A stretch of 64,000 bases of DNA from positions 1,711 to 65,710 of the forward strand of contig JACRKE010000026.1 of NCBI GenBank assembly GCA_016215335.1. The letters run 5' to 3'. How positions within the stretch are numbered: the stretch's first letter is position 1; each line of letters starts with the position of its first letter. The translations under genes and the position numbers were made by a program. Positions 1 through 10,052 of the stretch are shown here, one piece after another. Below the pieces are notes generated by a model. The model was given only the letters and a program-made list of their open reading frames with translations. It was not told the origin of the DNA and did no database searches. The DNA comes from Candidatus Vogelbacteria bacterium. Its GTDB lineage: Bacteria; Patescibacteriota; Minisyncoccia; Phycocordibacterales; JACRKE01.

Positions 1-18
1 TGGGCGTATAGTTAAGGG

Positions 19-768
19 ATGGGAAAACCGGATTCTAACAGTCGGAAGAACGTACTCGTAGCTGTACTTAAAGACGAGAGAGATTTTAATTTACTTTTTT
101 GTGAGTATTGGTATCGCATTCCCCAAATCTATTTACCAAAACGTAAATTTACCCACATTGCTTTTTATCAACCCGCAATTTTCGGCAAGGATGGGAAATG
201 CGTACGATTTTATGGTCGCATTGCAGACAAGGAAATGCGAACGCGATTAGAACTATTGCCAAACGAACCCAACCACCCGCGAGCGAACGATAGCTATTGT
301 AAATTTACATTCGAAAAAATAGTTGAGTTAAGACACTCAGTCAGAAACATAATTCCGCGACGTGTATCGTTCGGATTCACAGATATTGCGAGCCTAAGAC
401 GTGCAAACGACATTCTCGAGCTGTACCATGTTCCAAAAACTGAGCAGATTGTTGCTGACACGCTTAAATCAAGAGGTATTCCTGTTAGAACTGAGCTGAC
501 AGTAATCGACCCAAAAAGCAAAAGAAGAGTTCGTGTCGATCTAGCCATAGAATGTACCAATGGAGACATTGCGATTGAGTGCGACAACGACAAGGCGCAC
601 AAAGGTAAGCTTCAGCAAAAACGGGATGGCGCAAAAGACATGCTCCTGGATCAACTTGGCTGGCATGTGATGCGATTGAAAGAACATGACATACTGAATG
701 GTCTCGAAAGTGTAATTACACAAATCCAGACAAAAGTGCACTCACTTGGCCACCAGGTGGCCAAGTGA
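19..768 (+). CDS. DUF559/Vsr-like PD-(D/E)xK endonuclease domain protein with N-terminal extension
   Basis: C-terminal RVDLAI...IAIECD..AH...RD..L..LGWHVMRL pattern typical of DUF559. Confidence 0.75.
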   Translation: MGKPDSNSRKNVLVAVLKDERDFNLLFCEYWYRIPQIYLPKRKFTHIAFYQPAIFGKDGKCVRFYGRIADKEMRTRLELLPNEPNHPRANDSYCKFTFEKIVELRHSVRNIIPRRVSFGFTDIASLRRANDILELYHVPKTEQIVADTLKSRGIPVRTELTVIDPKSKRRVRVDLAIECTNGDIAIECDNDKAHKGKLQQKRDGAKDMLLDQLGWHVMRLKEHDILNGLESVITQIQTKVHSLGHQVAK

Positions 769-774
769 GTGCAC
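736..774. repeat. 39-bp palindrome (19-bp arms, 1-nt centre) overlapping the DUF559 stop codon
   Basis: GTGCACTCACTTGGCCACC-A-GGTGGCCAAGTGAGTGCAC read directly. Confidence 0.95.
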
Positions 775-826
775 GACCGAGAGTGTTCTAGTGGAATTAG
801 AGTGCTGTAGGTAATATAATGATCAA

Positions 827-1633
827 ATGCCGGAGAATACTTTTGAGACAATAAAGAAGAAAGATGATAACGGGCGGGACTATTGGTCGTCTAGGGACTT
901 AGCCAAGGTGCTTGAGTACCCGGACTACAGGAAGTTTTTAAATGTCATTGAAAAGGCTAAGGTTAGCTGCGAAAACAGTGGGGAAGCGGTCGTTCACCAT
1001 TTTGTCCATACGGGCCAAATGGTGAACATTGGTTCAGGGGCGGAACGGCCCGTCGATACTATTTTCCTTTCACGCTACGCCTGCTACCTTATCGTACAGA
1101 ACTCCGACCCGACAAAGGTGGTGGTGGCTAAGGGGCAAACATATTTTGCTATTCAAACTAGAAGACAGGAACATACCGATAATCTAGTCGAAGATCACAA
1201 GCGAGTTTTTCTTCGTGAGGAGATGAAGAAGCACAATGCGAGTCTTATTAAGAGTGCTGCTCGGGCTGGAGTTCAAAACTATTCAATCTTCCAAAACGCG
1301 GGTTATAAAGGTTTGTACGGCGAGCTCACATCACAAGACATTCACGAAAGGAAGAGCCTGAAAAAGAGCGAATCAATTCTTGACCACATGGGTTCAGAAG
1401 AGCTCGCCGCCAATCTTTTCCGAGCCACTCAAACCGAAGCTAAACTAAGACGGGAAGGAATCAAGGGTGATGACAAAGCAAGCTTTGCGCATTACGAGGT
1501 GGGTAGGAAAGTAAGAAACACAATCAGAGAGCTTGGCGGTTCGATGCCTGAGGAGTTGCCGAGCCCAGATGCAATAGGCAAAGCCCGAGTTCGTATAAAG
1601 GAAGAGTCTAAAAAGAAACTTACGAGTGATTAA
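827..1633 (+). CDS. dinD: DNA damage-inducible protein D
   Basis: YWSSRDLAKVLEY, LSRYACYLIVQN.DP.K, GQTYFAIQTRRQE, ILDHMGSEELAANLFRATQTE motifs. Confidence 0.9.
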   Translation: MPENTFETIKKKDDNGRDYWSSRDLAKVLEYPDYRKFLNVIEKAKVSCENSGEAVVHHFVHTGQMVNIGSGAERPVDTIFLSRYACYLIVQNSDPTKVVVAKGQTYFAIQTRRQEHTDNLVEDHKRVFLREEMKKHNASLIKSAARAGVQNYSIFQNAGYKGLYGELTSQDIHERKSLKKSESILDHMGSEELAANLFRATQTEAKLRREGIKGDDKASFAHYEVGRKVRNTIRELGGSMPEELPSPDAIGKARVRIKEESKKKLTSD

Positions 1634-1686
1634 ACTCTTAACTATTATCCCCTTTACATTGATGTTTTTCGCATTATACTTGCGGT

Positions 1687-2994
1687 ATGAATGAACTCTT
1701 GGACCGTGCCAAGAAGGTTCACCTCGTAGGAATAGGGGGGTCTGGTATGTCTGCCATTGCACGGCTCCTTCTTCTTGAAGGCAAGCACGTGAGCGGGTCG
1801 GATCGAGATGACTCCAAAACTTTAGACGAATTGCGCGTCGCAGGGGCGCGCATTTTCGTTGGACATCGTTCTGGAAATCTGCCTACAGACACAGACCTAG
1901 TAGTTCACACAATCGCTGTTGATTATGAAAATCCAGAACTCGAGAGGGCCAAGTCGATGAATATAAAGACCATGACTTATCCTGAGGTGCTTGGCCTGAT
2001 TTCAAAGGATAAGTTTACAATCGCAGTTTCCGGCACACATGGCAAAACTACAACGACAGCTATGGTCGGTAAGTTGTTGCGCGATGCCGGACTCGATCCC
2101 ACAGTGATCGTTGGAAGCAGAATGTTAAATCCTGAAAGCAATTTGGTAGTGGGCAAGAGCAAATATCTTGTAGTTGAAGCATGTGAATATAGGAGATCGT
2201 TTCTAAATATCGAACCGAATATTGTTGTCATCACAAATATAGATAGAGATCACCTAGACTATTTTGGGGACTTACCCGAGATTCAGCGCGCTTTCGGTGA
2301 ATTCGCGGCAAAGCTTCCATCGGACGGGGCTTTAATATGCGCAGCAATCAGGTCTCGTGTTGCAACGGTGAAAGCAAAGACGAAAGCAAAAGTTATAGAT
2401 TACGAACTATGTGAACCTTTAACACGAGATTTTAAATTGCGACTCCCCGGGGCGCACAACCAATGGAATGCACAGGCGGCAGTGGCTGTTGCTGAATATC
2501 TAAATATTCCCCACGGAGTTATCAAAAAGTCACTCGAAACTTTCAAGGGAACGAAACGAAGGCTTGAATATAAAGGCAAAACATTTAATGACACTCTTGT
2601 CTACGATGACTATGGCCACGCACCGAGTGAGATAAGAGCAACACTTTCGGCCCTTAGAGATCTATATCCTGACAAGAAAATTACCATAGTGTTTCAACCG
2701 CACCTGTACAGTAGGACTCGTTTGCTACTAGGTGAATTTGGTGGAAGTTTTGAAGAGGCAGATAACGTAATAATAACCGACATATTTGCTTCACGAGAAC
2801 CTAACGATAATTCAATACATGCAAAGGATCTGGTATCTCGCATAAACAAGAATGGAGTACAAAAAGCTTCGTATATCGAAGATTTCATGTCTATTTATGA
2901 GCTCATGCGTGAAGGTGAACTTAAAACAGATATACTACTGGTTGAAGGTGCGGGCAGTGTGGGCGCTCTGGCAGACGCGCTCATAAAGGAGTAG
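1687..2994 (+). CDS. murC: UDP-N-acetylmuramate--L-alanine ligase
   Basis: VGIGGSGMSAIA, GTHGKTTTT, VEACEY, DHLDYF, DDYGHAP, FQPHLYSRT. Confidence 0.95.
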   Translation: MNELLDRAKKVHLVGIGGSGMSAIARLLLLEGKHVSGSDRDDSKTLDELRVAGARIFVGHRSGNLPTDTDLVVHTIAVDYENPELERAKSMNIKTMTYPEVLGLISKDKFTIAVSGTHGKTTTTAMVGKLLRDAGLDPTVIVGSRMLNPESNLVVGKSKYLVVEACEYRRSFLNIEPNIVVITNIDRDHLDYFGDLPEIQRAFGEFAAKLPSDGALICAAIRSRVATVKAKTKAKVIDYELCEPLTRDFKLRLPGAHNQWNAQAAVAVAEYLNIPHGVIKKSLETFKGTKRRLEYKGKTFNDTLVYDDYGHAPSEIRATLSALRDLYPDKKITIVFQPHLYSRTRLLLGEFGGSFEEADNVIITDIFASREPNDNSIHAKDLVSRINKNGVQKASYIEDFMSIYELMREGELKTDILLVEGAGSVGALADALIKE

Positions 2995-3008
2995 ACTTAA
3001 GTTTCTAG

Positions 3009-3052
3009 TTTTTTGGACACTCGGTGTCCATGGACACCGAGTGTCCAAAAAA
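3009..3052. repeat. 44-bp perfect palindrome whose arms are themselves hairpins (GGACAC-NNN-GTGTCC)
   Basis: TTTTTTGGACACTCGGTGTCCA|TGGACACCGAGTGTCCAAAAAA between murC and rsmI. Confidence 0.95.
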
Positions 3053-3053
3053 T

Positions 3054-3743
3054 ATGGCTGATCTATTTATTGTAGCAACTCCAATTGGGAATTTGGAAGA
3101 TATTACACTTCGTGCTCTTCGAGTGCTCGGAGAGGTTGACTTAATATTGTGTGAAGATACTCGAGTGACGCGTAAACTTTTAGATCATTATGAGATTAAG
3201 GTTCCAGTGGAGAGCTATCATGAGCATAGTGATCTCACAAAAACAGAAAAGATTTTGTCTAAACTCGAGAATAGAGAAAATATTGCGCTTGTAACTGATG
3301 CCGGCACTCCTGGAATTTCAGATCCCGGATCAAAATTGATTACAGAGGTTCGTAAAAGATTTGGCCTCGACGTTAAGATCCACGTAATACCAGGCCCGAG
3401 CGCCCTCACGGCAGCGCTCTCAATTTCCGGCTTGGATCAAACAGAATTTGAATTTCTGGGATTCTTACCGCACAAGAAAGGTCGAGAGACAATATTCAAA
3501 AGAATAAAAGAGACCGAAAACGCTTTCGTTTTTTACGAATCTCCCCATAGAGTTATAAAAACCCTTATTTCGCTTATGGAATTTTTAAATCCAGAACGTC
3601 AAATCTTTATCGCGAGAGAGCTTACAAAATCGTACGAAGAGTCGTTTGCTGGTACTGCAAAAGAGGCACTAGACTATTTCACATCGAACCCGGACAAAAT
3701 TCGAGGAGAATTTGTTATAATAGTAATGCCTATTAAAAACTAA
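3054..3743 (+). CDS. rsmI: 16S rRNA (cytidine1402-2'-O)-methyltransferase
   Basis: LFIVATPIGNLEDITLRAL, CEDTR, DAGTPGISDPG, YESPHR, ARELTK; start moved to ATG 3054 because the longer ORF only translates the palindrome. Confidence 0.95.
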   Translation: MADLFIVATPIGNLEDITLRALRVLGEVDLILCEDTRVTRKLLDHYEIKVPVESYHEHSDLTKTEKILSKLENRENIALVTDAGTPGISDPGSKLITEVRKRFGLDVKIHVIPGPSALTAALSISGLDQTEFEFLGFLPHKKGRETIFKRIKETENAFVFYESPHRVIKTLISLMEFLNPERQIFIARELTKSYEESFAGTAKEALDYFTSNPDKIRGEFVIIVMPIKN

Positions 3744-3752
3744 TTTAATATC

Positions 3753-4175
3753 ATGAAAAAACTATTTTGGAAAAACTGGATCGTGCTTCTTCTTGGCTTC
3801 ATTGTTCTACTAATGCCATTCATGGGGTTTCCTACGAAAGTCAGCAATTGGATCTACTTTATATCCGGTCTTATTATTGTAATTTTGTCTTATGTTGTAG
3901 GGAGAGGATTAAGTTACGCATATTCCGCGCCGGCAGGTGTGACAGATACTCTGATTGATCAGGTGCAAAAGAAGCCAGCCAGCCGCCAGTTGAAGAAAAA
4001 GAAAACAGAGTCTGTACTCGTAGAAGAAATAAACGACAGAGTGGTTACTCCTACTCCAGATTATGCAGATATGAAGACTGATGAACCTATGGTGAGCGAA
4101 GAGCCTTTCAAAAATTCAGAAGATTCAAAACCTGAAGATTCATTCAGTAATAGTGGTAACGATATAAACAAGTAA
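3753..4175 (+). CDS. hypothetical membrane protein (2 N-terminal TM helices, charged tail)
   Basis: two hydrophobic segments; operon-like spacing. Confidence 0.65.
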   Translation: MKKLFWKNWIVLLLGFIVLLMPFMGFPTKVSNWIYFISGLIIVILSYVVGRGLSYAYSAPAGVTDTLIDQVQKKPASRQLKKKKTESVLVEEINDRVVTPTPDYADMKTDEPMVSEEPFKNSEDSKPEDSFSNSGNDINK

Positions 4176-4182
4176 AACATTG

Positions 4183-5367
4183 ATGCGCTCGGGACTCTTA
4201 CTCTGCCTTCTGATTGTTGTCGCTGGCGTTTCGGCAGTGCTTTATACTCTAGGCAGCATTAGTGACGAGAATTTGGTATATGGAAGCAGAACTACTATGA
4301 AGGCTCTTAAAGTGCCGATGGTCGCAAGTGTCGCATCTTCAACCATAGAGTCTAAACCCGAAATTATAGTTACTCACAGAGAGACTCCAGATGCCGTAAA
4401 GGCGATTTATATGACAAGTTGGGTGGCTTCGACACCCTCTATTCGAGAAAGGTTGATTCGCATCGTGGACACTACAGAGATAAATTCAATCGTAATTGAC
4501 GTGAAGGACGATACGGGCAGAATCGCTTATGAGTCTGACAATGTGCTTATCAAATCGTACGGATCATATGACGGTAGAATAAAGGATTTAAAGAAATTTA
4601 TTGCTGTACTTCACGATAAAAATATTTATGTCATAGGACGCATAGCGGTTTTCCAAGACTCTTTTCTACCAACGGTTAAGCCGGAGCTTGCACTGCACAA
4701 TACTAAGACAGGCTTGATTTGGAAGGATCGCAAAAGCCAGCTTTGGTTAAACCAGCTTAATCCTATCGTATGGGAATACGTTGCCACTGTTGCGAAAGAT
4801 GCATATGCACAAGGCTTTGATGAGATAAATTTTGACTACATTCGCTTCCCGTCAGACGGCAATATAAGCGAGATTGATTATGGAATGGCTTCGACTACAG
4901 TATTAAACAAGCCCCAAGAGTTAAACAAATTTTTTGCATATTTGCGTAAGGAAGTTGGGGACGAAGGTATTCCAATTTCGGCCGACTTGTTTGGCCAGAT
5001 TACTTCTGAAAAAGATGACATGGGAATAGGCCAGACTATTGCGGGAGCCGCAAAATATTTCGACTACATCGCACCCATGATCTATCCATCGCATTACTAT
5101 TCTGGATACATGGGTTTGAGTAAGCCGGTCGATCATCCGTACGAAGTTGTGAAGTATGCACTTTTGCAAGGAAGTATGAAGCTCACGAACGCAAGTTCCT
5201 CGCCTTCAAAATTGCGGCCGTGGCTTCAGGATTTTAGTCTTGGTACTACTTACACTCCCGCAATGGTAAAGACTCAGATTAAAGCCACGTACGATAGTGG
5301 ACTCACTTCGTGGATGCTCTGGGACCCATCCAATAAATATTCTGAGAGCGCCTTGGAAAAGGAGTAA
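4183..5367 (+). CDS. putative secreted/anchored glycoside hydrolase (DUF4015-like TIM barrel)
   Basis: N-terminal TM; NSIVIDVKDDTG, GFDEINFDYIRFP, PMIYPSHY, LRPWLQDF motifs. Confidence 0.8.
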   Translation: MRSGLLLCLLIVVAGVSAVLYTLGSISDENLVYGSRTTMKALKVPMVASVASSTIESKPEIIVTHRETPDAVKAIYMTSWVASTPSIRERLIRIVDTTEINSIVIDVKDDTGRIAYESDNVLIKSYGSYDGRIKDLKKFIAVLHDKNIYVIGRIAVFQDSFLPTVKPELALHNTKTGLIWKDRKSQLWLNQLNPIVWEYVATVAKDAYAQGFDEINFDYIRFPSDGNISEIDYGMASTTVLNKPQELNKFFAYLRKEVGDEGIPISADLFGQITSEKDDMGIGQTIAGAAKYFDYIAPMIYPSHYYSGYMGLSKPVDHPYEVVKYALLQGSMKLTNASSSPSKLRPWLQDFSLGTTYTPAMVKTQIKATYDSGLTSWMLWDPSNKYSESALEKE

Positions 5368-5385
5368 TTAGTATCATAATTCCCC

Positions 5386-5420
5386 TATATACTATGTACT
5401 ATTTACTATATACTATTTAC
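5386..5420 (+). repeat. solo heptamer array, 5 units
   Basis: TATATAC TATGTAC TATTTAC TATATAC TATTTAC, 10 nt before ATG 5431. Confidence 0.95.
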
Positions 5421-5430
5421 TAATAATGCC

Positions 5431-7278
5431 ATGGATCGCGTAACATATTTTGCTGAAACAGACTCAAGAGGCCATCGCCAGAAATTCGGTATCAAAACCG
5501 AAGACCGGGCGCGCCATTTTTATGTAATTGGAAAGACGGGACTAGGCAAGTCTACACTTCTAGAGAATCTTGCCGTTCAGGATATTCAGAATGGTGAAGG
5601 GATGGCATTTATTGATCCACACGGCGGAACTGCCGAAAAGCTTCTCGAGTACATTCCGAAAGAAAGACTGAAAGATCTTATATACTTCGCCCCCCACGAC
5701 CTAGAATTTCCAGTGGCGTTTAACATCATGGAGAATGTGGGAAAGGACAAAAACTTCCTTGTAGCGAACGGTCTAATGGCAACATTCAAAAAGATCTGGC
5801 CGGATGTCTGGTCAGCTCGCATGGAGTACATTTTGAACAACGTCCTTCTGGCACTTTTAGAGTTTCCTGGCTCGACTCTTCTTGGAGTCAACCGTATGCT
5901 TTCTGATGCTGCGTATCGTCTGGAAGTTGTAAACAATGTTACAGACCCTTCCGTACGTTCTTTCTGGGTGGATGAATTCGCAAACTATACAGAGCGTATG
6001 GCGGCCGAGTCGGTGCCTGCAATTCAGAATAAAATCGGTCAATTTATCTCAAATCCGCTTATTCGCAATATCATCGGTCAGCCGAAGTCGACTTTTAACC
6101 TCCGTGAAGTGATGGACGACAGGAAGATTTTGATCATGAACTTGTCGAAGGGGAGAGTGGGCGAAATTAATGCGAATCTTCTCGGAGGCATGCTCATTAC
6201 AAAGATTTATCTTGCAGCGATGTCTCGCGCGGATAAGACGAACGCTGAGATCAAACAGTTGCCATACTTTTATTTTTTTGTAGACGAATTCCAGTCCTTC
6301 GTTAACGATACTTTCGCTGACATTCTTTCGGAGGCAAGAAAATACAGGTTGTGTTTGACGATGGCTCACCAGTACATTGAACAGATGCCGGAGAAAGTGC
6401 GTGACGCGGTTTTCGGGAACGTCGGTACTACTGTTGCATTCCGCGTGGGACCGCTTGATGCAGAAATTTTAGAGAAGCTTTTCATGCCGACTTTTACAGT
6501 GGAGGACATTGTGAACCTCTCATTTGCTCAGATTTATCTTACGCTTATGATCGACGGCGTAGGCTCATCTCCTTTTTCCGCAAGAACTCTTCCGCCGATT
6601 CCCGCACCATCTGAAAACATAAAATCACTCGCTATTGAAACTTCTAGGAAACTGTACGCAAGACCGAGAGCTGATGTTGAAGGTGAGATTCAGGCATGGC
6701 ATAAACCGAAAGAGGGAAGTGCGGAAATAAAGCCAGCTTTTAAAAAAGAATCTTGGGAAGAAGGTCGCTCACGTGATTCGAGGTCGCGTTCAAGTGCCCC
6801 TAAGTCATCGATGTCTAGTGGTCCGAGAAGCGGTGTGGCACCTAGAAGCAGAGAAAGGTCTGGAAGTGCGGATAGGCCAAGACGTCAAGACTTTAAGGAG
6901 AAATTAAAGCAGGCAATCGAAGTTGCTCCTGCGGCTCCGACAGAGCCAGCAGTGTCACTTAACAATTTAAGAAGAGGCGGCTCTGAAACTGGCAACAGGG
7001 GACAGAACATGAATACGCTCCGGAGCGCACTTCAAAATGTTTTAGAGGAGACAAAAAAATCAGCACGGGTAGCAGAAAAGGTACCAGCAGGTACCTTTTC
7101 TAATGCTAAGCCTGTGCAAAGAGACTCGAGACCTCAAGCCGTAGTAATGCCGCAAGAGAAACCCAAGACCAAAGAGAACGAAAAGAGCGAGGATATGAAG
7201 AGAGAGGAGTCAAGACCGGAGAAGCAAAAGAATGAAGTTCCGGAAGATGTTTTGAAAAATTTGCTTAAAATGGATTAG
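5431..7278 (+). CDS. TraD/VirD4-like (type IV secretion coupling/HerA-like) P-loop ATPase with low-complexity C-terminal tail
   Basis: Walker A GKTGLGKS, FIDPHG, Walker B FVDEFQ, SEARKY, AHQYI.Q. Confidence 0.85.
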   Translation: MDRVTYFAETDSRGHRQKFGIKTEDRARHFYVIGKTGLGKSTLLENLAVQDIQNGEGMAFIDPHGGTAEKLLEYIPKERLKDLIYFAPHDLEFPVAFNIMENVGKDKNFLVANGLMATFKKIWPDVWSARMEYILNNVLLALLEFPGSTLLGVNRMLSDAAYRLEVVNNVTDPSVRSFWVDEFANYTERMAAESVPAIQNKIGQFISNPLIRNIIGQPKSTFNLREVMDDRKILIMNLSKGRVGEINANLLGGMLITKIYLAAMSRADKTNAEIKQLPYFYFFVDEFQSFVNDTFADILSEARKYRLCLTMAHQYIEQMPEKVRDAVFGNVGTTVAFRVGPLDAEILEKLFMPTFTVEDIVNLSFAQIYLTLMIDGVGSSPFSARTLPPIPAPSENIKSLAIETSRKLYARPRADVEGEIQAWHKPKEGSAEIKPAFKKESWEEGRSRDSRSRSSAPKSSMSSGPRSGVAPRSRERSGSADRPRRQDFKEKLKQAIEVAPAAPTEPAVSLNNLRRGGSETGNRGQNMNTLRSALQNVLEETKKSARVAEKVPAGTFSNAKPVQRDSRPQAVVMPQEKPKTKENEKSEDMKREESRPEKQKNEVPEDVLKNLLKMD

Positions 7279-7363
7279 ATATGACAATCGAGGAAAAAAT
7301 AGAAAAGATAGATCATATGCATGCCATTGAGTACTTACGTGGAGTACTGTAGGATGGCCTAGT

Positions 7364-8572
7364 ATGAAAAAGCGTGTTTTAATATTTTCTCTAGCCTGGT
7401 TTCCATTTGAAAGTGGGGCTGAAAACGCCCCTAGAATTGTTGCCGATAGACTATCTGACGAGTATGAATTTGACGTAATAGCGTACCGTTTTAAGCGAAA
7501 TTGGCTCATTGTTGAGAAGGTCGGCAACGCGACGGTGTATAGGGTTGGTCGCCCCGTACCACACAAGACTGCCTTGTGTGGTACGGGGTCTTCGGTGGGA
7601 GTCTATTTCTGGCGCTGGAATGAAAGATTCGCCAAATACGGTTATATTTTTTGGGGTTTTATAAAGGCGGTTCAATTACACTCAAAAAATCCTTATGACC
7701 TGACATGGTCGATTATGGCGGGTTATACCGGTGGAATCGCTTATTGGTTTAAAGTATTTAATCCTAAAGTTCCTCTGCTTCTTACTCTTCAAGAGGGTGA
7801 CCCTTTTGAGCACATTATGAGACGAGCAGGTATTACGAAATATTGGTTTCGAGACTTGTTTAATAAAGTAGACGCAGTGCATGCAATCTCGAACTATCTG
7901 GCAGACTTTTCAAAACAGATGGGATTCCGCGGTACGCCTGTAGTAGTGCCAAATGGAGTTGATGTTGAGAAATTTTCCAATCCACTTGGAAGCTTAGCTT
8001 ACAAGTGGATGCTACGTGACAAAAAACAAATTATTCTAATTAACACATCCAGACTCGTACACAAAAATGCGCACGACATAATAATACGTGCTCTTAAGCT
8101 TCTCCCTGAAAACGTAGTTTACAAAAACGTAGCCCAGCATGGCGATTTGCAGGATGAGTTGCTAGAACTTGCGAGAAAAGAAGGCGTATCTCATCGAGTG
8201 TTTCTGTTGCCTGGACTACCTCATGACAAAATTGCAGAGTGGCTTCACACTGGCGACATTCTGGTCCGGCCATCTAGAACAGAGGGATTAGGCACATCAT
8301 TTATCGAAGCCATGGCTGCAGGTTTACCAATTGTTGCAACTCCTGTGGGGGGCATACCTGATTTTCTTATAAACGAAGTTACGGGCTTGTTTGCAGAAGT
8401 TGATAATCCCGAAAGTGTTGCCGAGTGTATTAAACGGCTGATTAATGATTCGAATTTAAGAGAGAAAATAATCAAAAACGCTGAAGAGCTGGCAAAAAAA
8501 GAGTACGATTGGAAAGTAGTCGCCTCCAAACTAAAAAAAGTAATAGATGATACTATTCCAAAAACTGTTTGA
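7364..8572 (+). CDS. glycosyltransferase family 4
   Basis: PNGVD, PSRTEGLGTSFIEAMAAGLPIVATPVGGI. Confidence 0.92.
   Translation: MKKRVLIFSLAWFPFESGAENAPRIVADRLSDEYEFDVIAYRFKRNWLIVEKVGNATVYRVGRPVPHKTALCGTGSSVGVYFWRWNERFAKYGYIFWGFIKAVQLHSKNPYDLTWSIMAGYTGGIAYWFKVFNPKVPLLLTLQEGDPFEHIMRRAGITKYWFRDLFNKVDAVHAISNYLADFSKQMGFRGTPVVVPNGVDVEKFSNPLGSLAYKWMLRDKKQIILINTSRLVHKNAHDIIIRALKLLPENVVYKNVAQHGDLQDELLELARKEGVSHRVFLLPGLPHDKIAEWLHTGDILVRPSRTEGLGTSFIEAMAAGLPIVATPVGGIPDFLINEVTGLFAEVDNPESVAECIKRLINDSNLREKIIKNAEELAKKEYDWKVVASKLKKVIDDTIPKTV
7552..7588. repeat. perfect 16-bp inverted repeat inside the GT4 CDS
   Basis: CCCCGTACCACACAAG-ACTGC-CTTGTGTGGTACGGGG. Confidence 0.92.
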
Positions 8573-10052
8573 ACTCGGGGTAGCGATAGGTAATCGCCTT
8601 TTCCCAAAACTTACAAAAAATGTTTTAGTTTACGAAAGAGTACTCAAATTTATTATTGCGGGAGGATCGTGCGGGGTGTTAGACGTTCTTGGCCTGTTTC
8701 TCTTGGTGCATTTTGTGGGTATAAATTACTTAATTGCGTCTGTTCTTGCGTTTTTGGTCGCATTTATTTTTAGCTTTTACCTTCAAAAAAACTGGACATT
8801 TCGCGATAAAACATCGCACGCCACCCATACTAAAATTGCCAAGTATTTATTGATGCAACTTTGCGCTCTTGTGCTGAACACAGCACTTATGTATTTCTTC
8901 GTGAGTATTTTTGGAGTTTGGTACATTCTGTCACAGATTATCATCTCACTTTGTATTGCTGTATTGAGTTATACGATCAATAAACTAATTATTTTTGATG
9001 CTGATTCTATGTCGAGCGAGAAAAATGTCTCAAAAAAGCCTACCGTGCTGATTGCGTCCCCTTTATTTCCGCCAGAAATCGGTGGGCCTTCGCAGTATGC
9101 GAAAAAACTATCTGATGCTTTTGTTGCGGGGGGACATTCAGTATTGATTGCTACGTACGGGAGGGAAAGACATTTACCGCTTGGAATTAGGCATATAGTT
9201 TATCTCTTGAAGTCAGTACACAAACTGATCAAGACAGACGTCTGTATTGCTTTGGACACTTTTAGTGTGGCTTTACCGATGGTTTTACTGTGTAAAATTC
9301 TTAAAAAGAAAATAGTTATTAGAATTGGTGGGGATTTTTTGTGGGAGCAGTATATTGAACGCACAGACAAAAAAATTATTTTGCGCGAGTTTTATAAGAC
9401 CGATATGAGCTTTTTGTCGCGTAAAGAAAAGATTATTTTTAATTTAACAAAATGGTTGCTGAAAGAAAGCTTTGCTTTGGTATTTAGTACTAAATGGCAA
9501 AAAGATATCTGGTTGAAGCCGTATCAATTGGAGGATAAAGATATCTATGTCATTGAAAATTATTTTGGCAAAAAGTTGCCTTCGATTGATTCGACAAGAA
9601 AGGTATTCGTGGCGGGAGCTCGGAACATAAAGCTTAAAAATCTTCAAGTTTTGCATAGGGCGTTTGAGGTTGCTCAGATGCATAACCCCGAAATTGTTCT
9701 GGATGTCCAGAATTTTCCATACGATGGGTTCTTGTCCCATATTCAGAAAAGTTATGTGGTTATATTGGTTTCTCTGAGTGATATAAGTCCTAACATGGTT
9801 ATGGATGCCGTTAGGTGTGGCAAGCCATTTATAGTGACAAGGGAGACAGGACTATATGATCGGCTCAAGGATGTTGGCATATTTGTGGACCCATTTAACG
9901 AGAAGGGGATTTCAGAACAGATTTTAAGACTAGCAGATGATAAAGAGTACGATAAAATTAAAAGGCAGGTTAATCTATTTCATTACGAACATGACTGGAT
10001 GAATATAGCAAATGAATTTTTAGAAATCATTAATCACCTAAATCTGAAATGA
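8547..10052 (+). CDS. GtrA-family flippase domain fused to a GT4-like glycosyltransferase
   Basis: 4-TM N-terminus with KFIIAG..., KNWTF; then LIASPLFPPEIGGPSQY GT-B domain. Confidence 0.8.
   Translation: MILFQKLFELGVAIGNRLFPKLTKNVLVYERVLKFIIAGGSCGVLDVLGLFLLVHFVGINYLIASVLAFLVAFIFSFYLQKNWTFRDKTSHATHTKIAKYLLMQLCALVLNTALMYFFVSIFGVWYILSQIIISLCIAVLSYTINKLIIFDADSMSSEKNVSKKPTVLIASPLFPPEIGGPSQYAKKLSDAFVAGGHSVLIATYGRERHLPLGIRHIVYLLKSVHKLIKTDVCIALDTFSVALPMVLLCKILKKKIVIRIGGDFLWEQYIERTDKKIILREFYKTDMSFLSRKEKIIFNLTKWLLKESFALVFSTKWQKDIWLKPYQLEDKDIYVIENYFGKKLPSIDSTRKVFVAGARNIKLKNLQVLHRAFEVAQMHNPEIVLDVQNFPYDGFLSHIQKSYVVILVSLSDISPNMVMDAVRCGKPFIVTRETGLYDRLKDVGIFVDPFNEKGISEQILRLADDKEYDKIKRQVNLFHYEHDWMNIANEFLEIINHLNLK

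Noticed and set aside
5431-7278. TraD/VirD4-like ATPase as a conjugative element
   Set aside because: No relaxase, VirB genes, integrase or att sites; it sits among housekeeping genes.
6700-7278. Arg/Ser/Glu-rich tail of the ATPase as a DNA repeat element
   Set aside because: Low-complexity protein sequence with no clear nucleotide periodicity.
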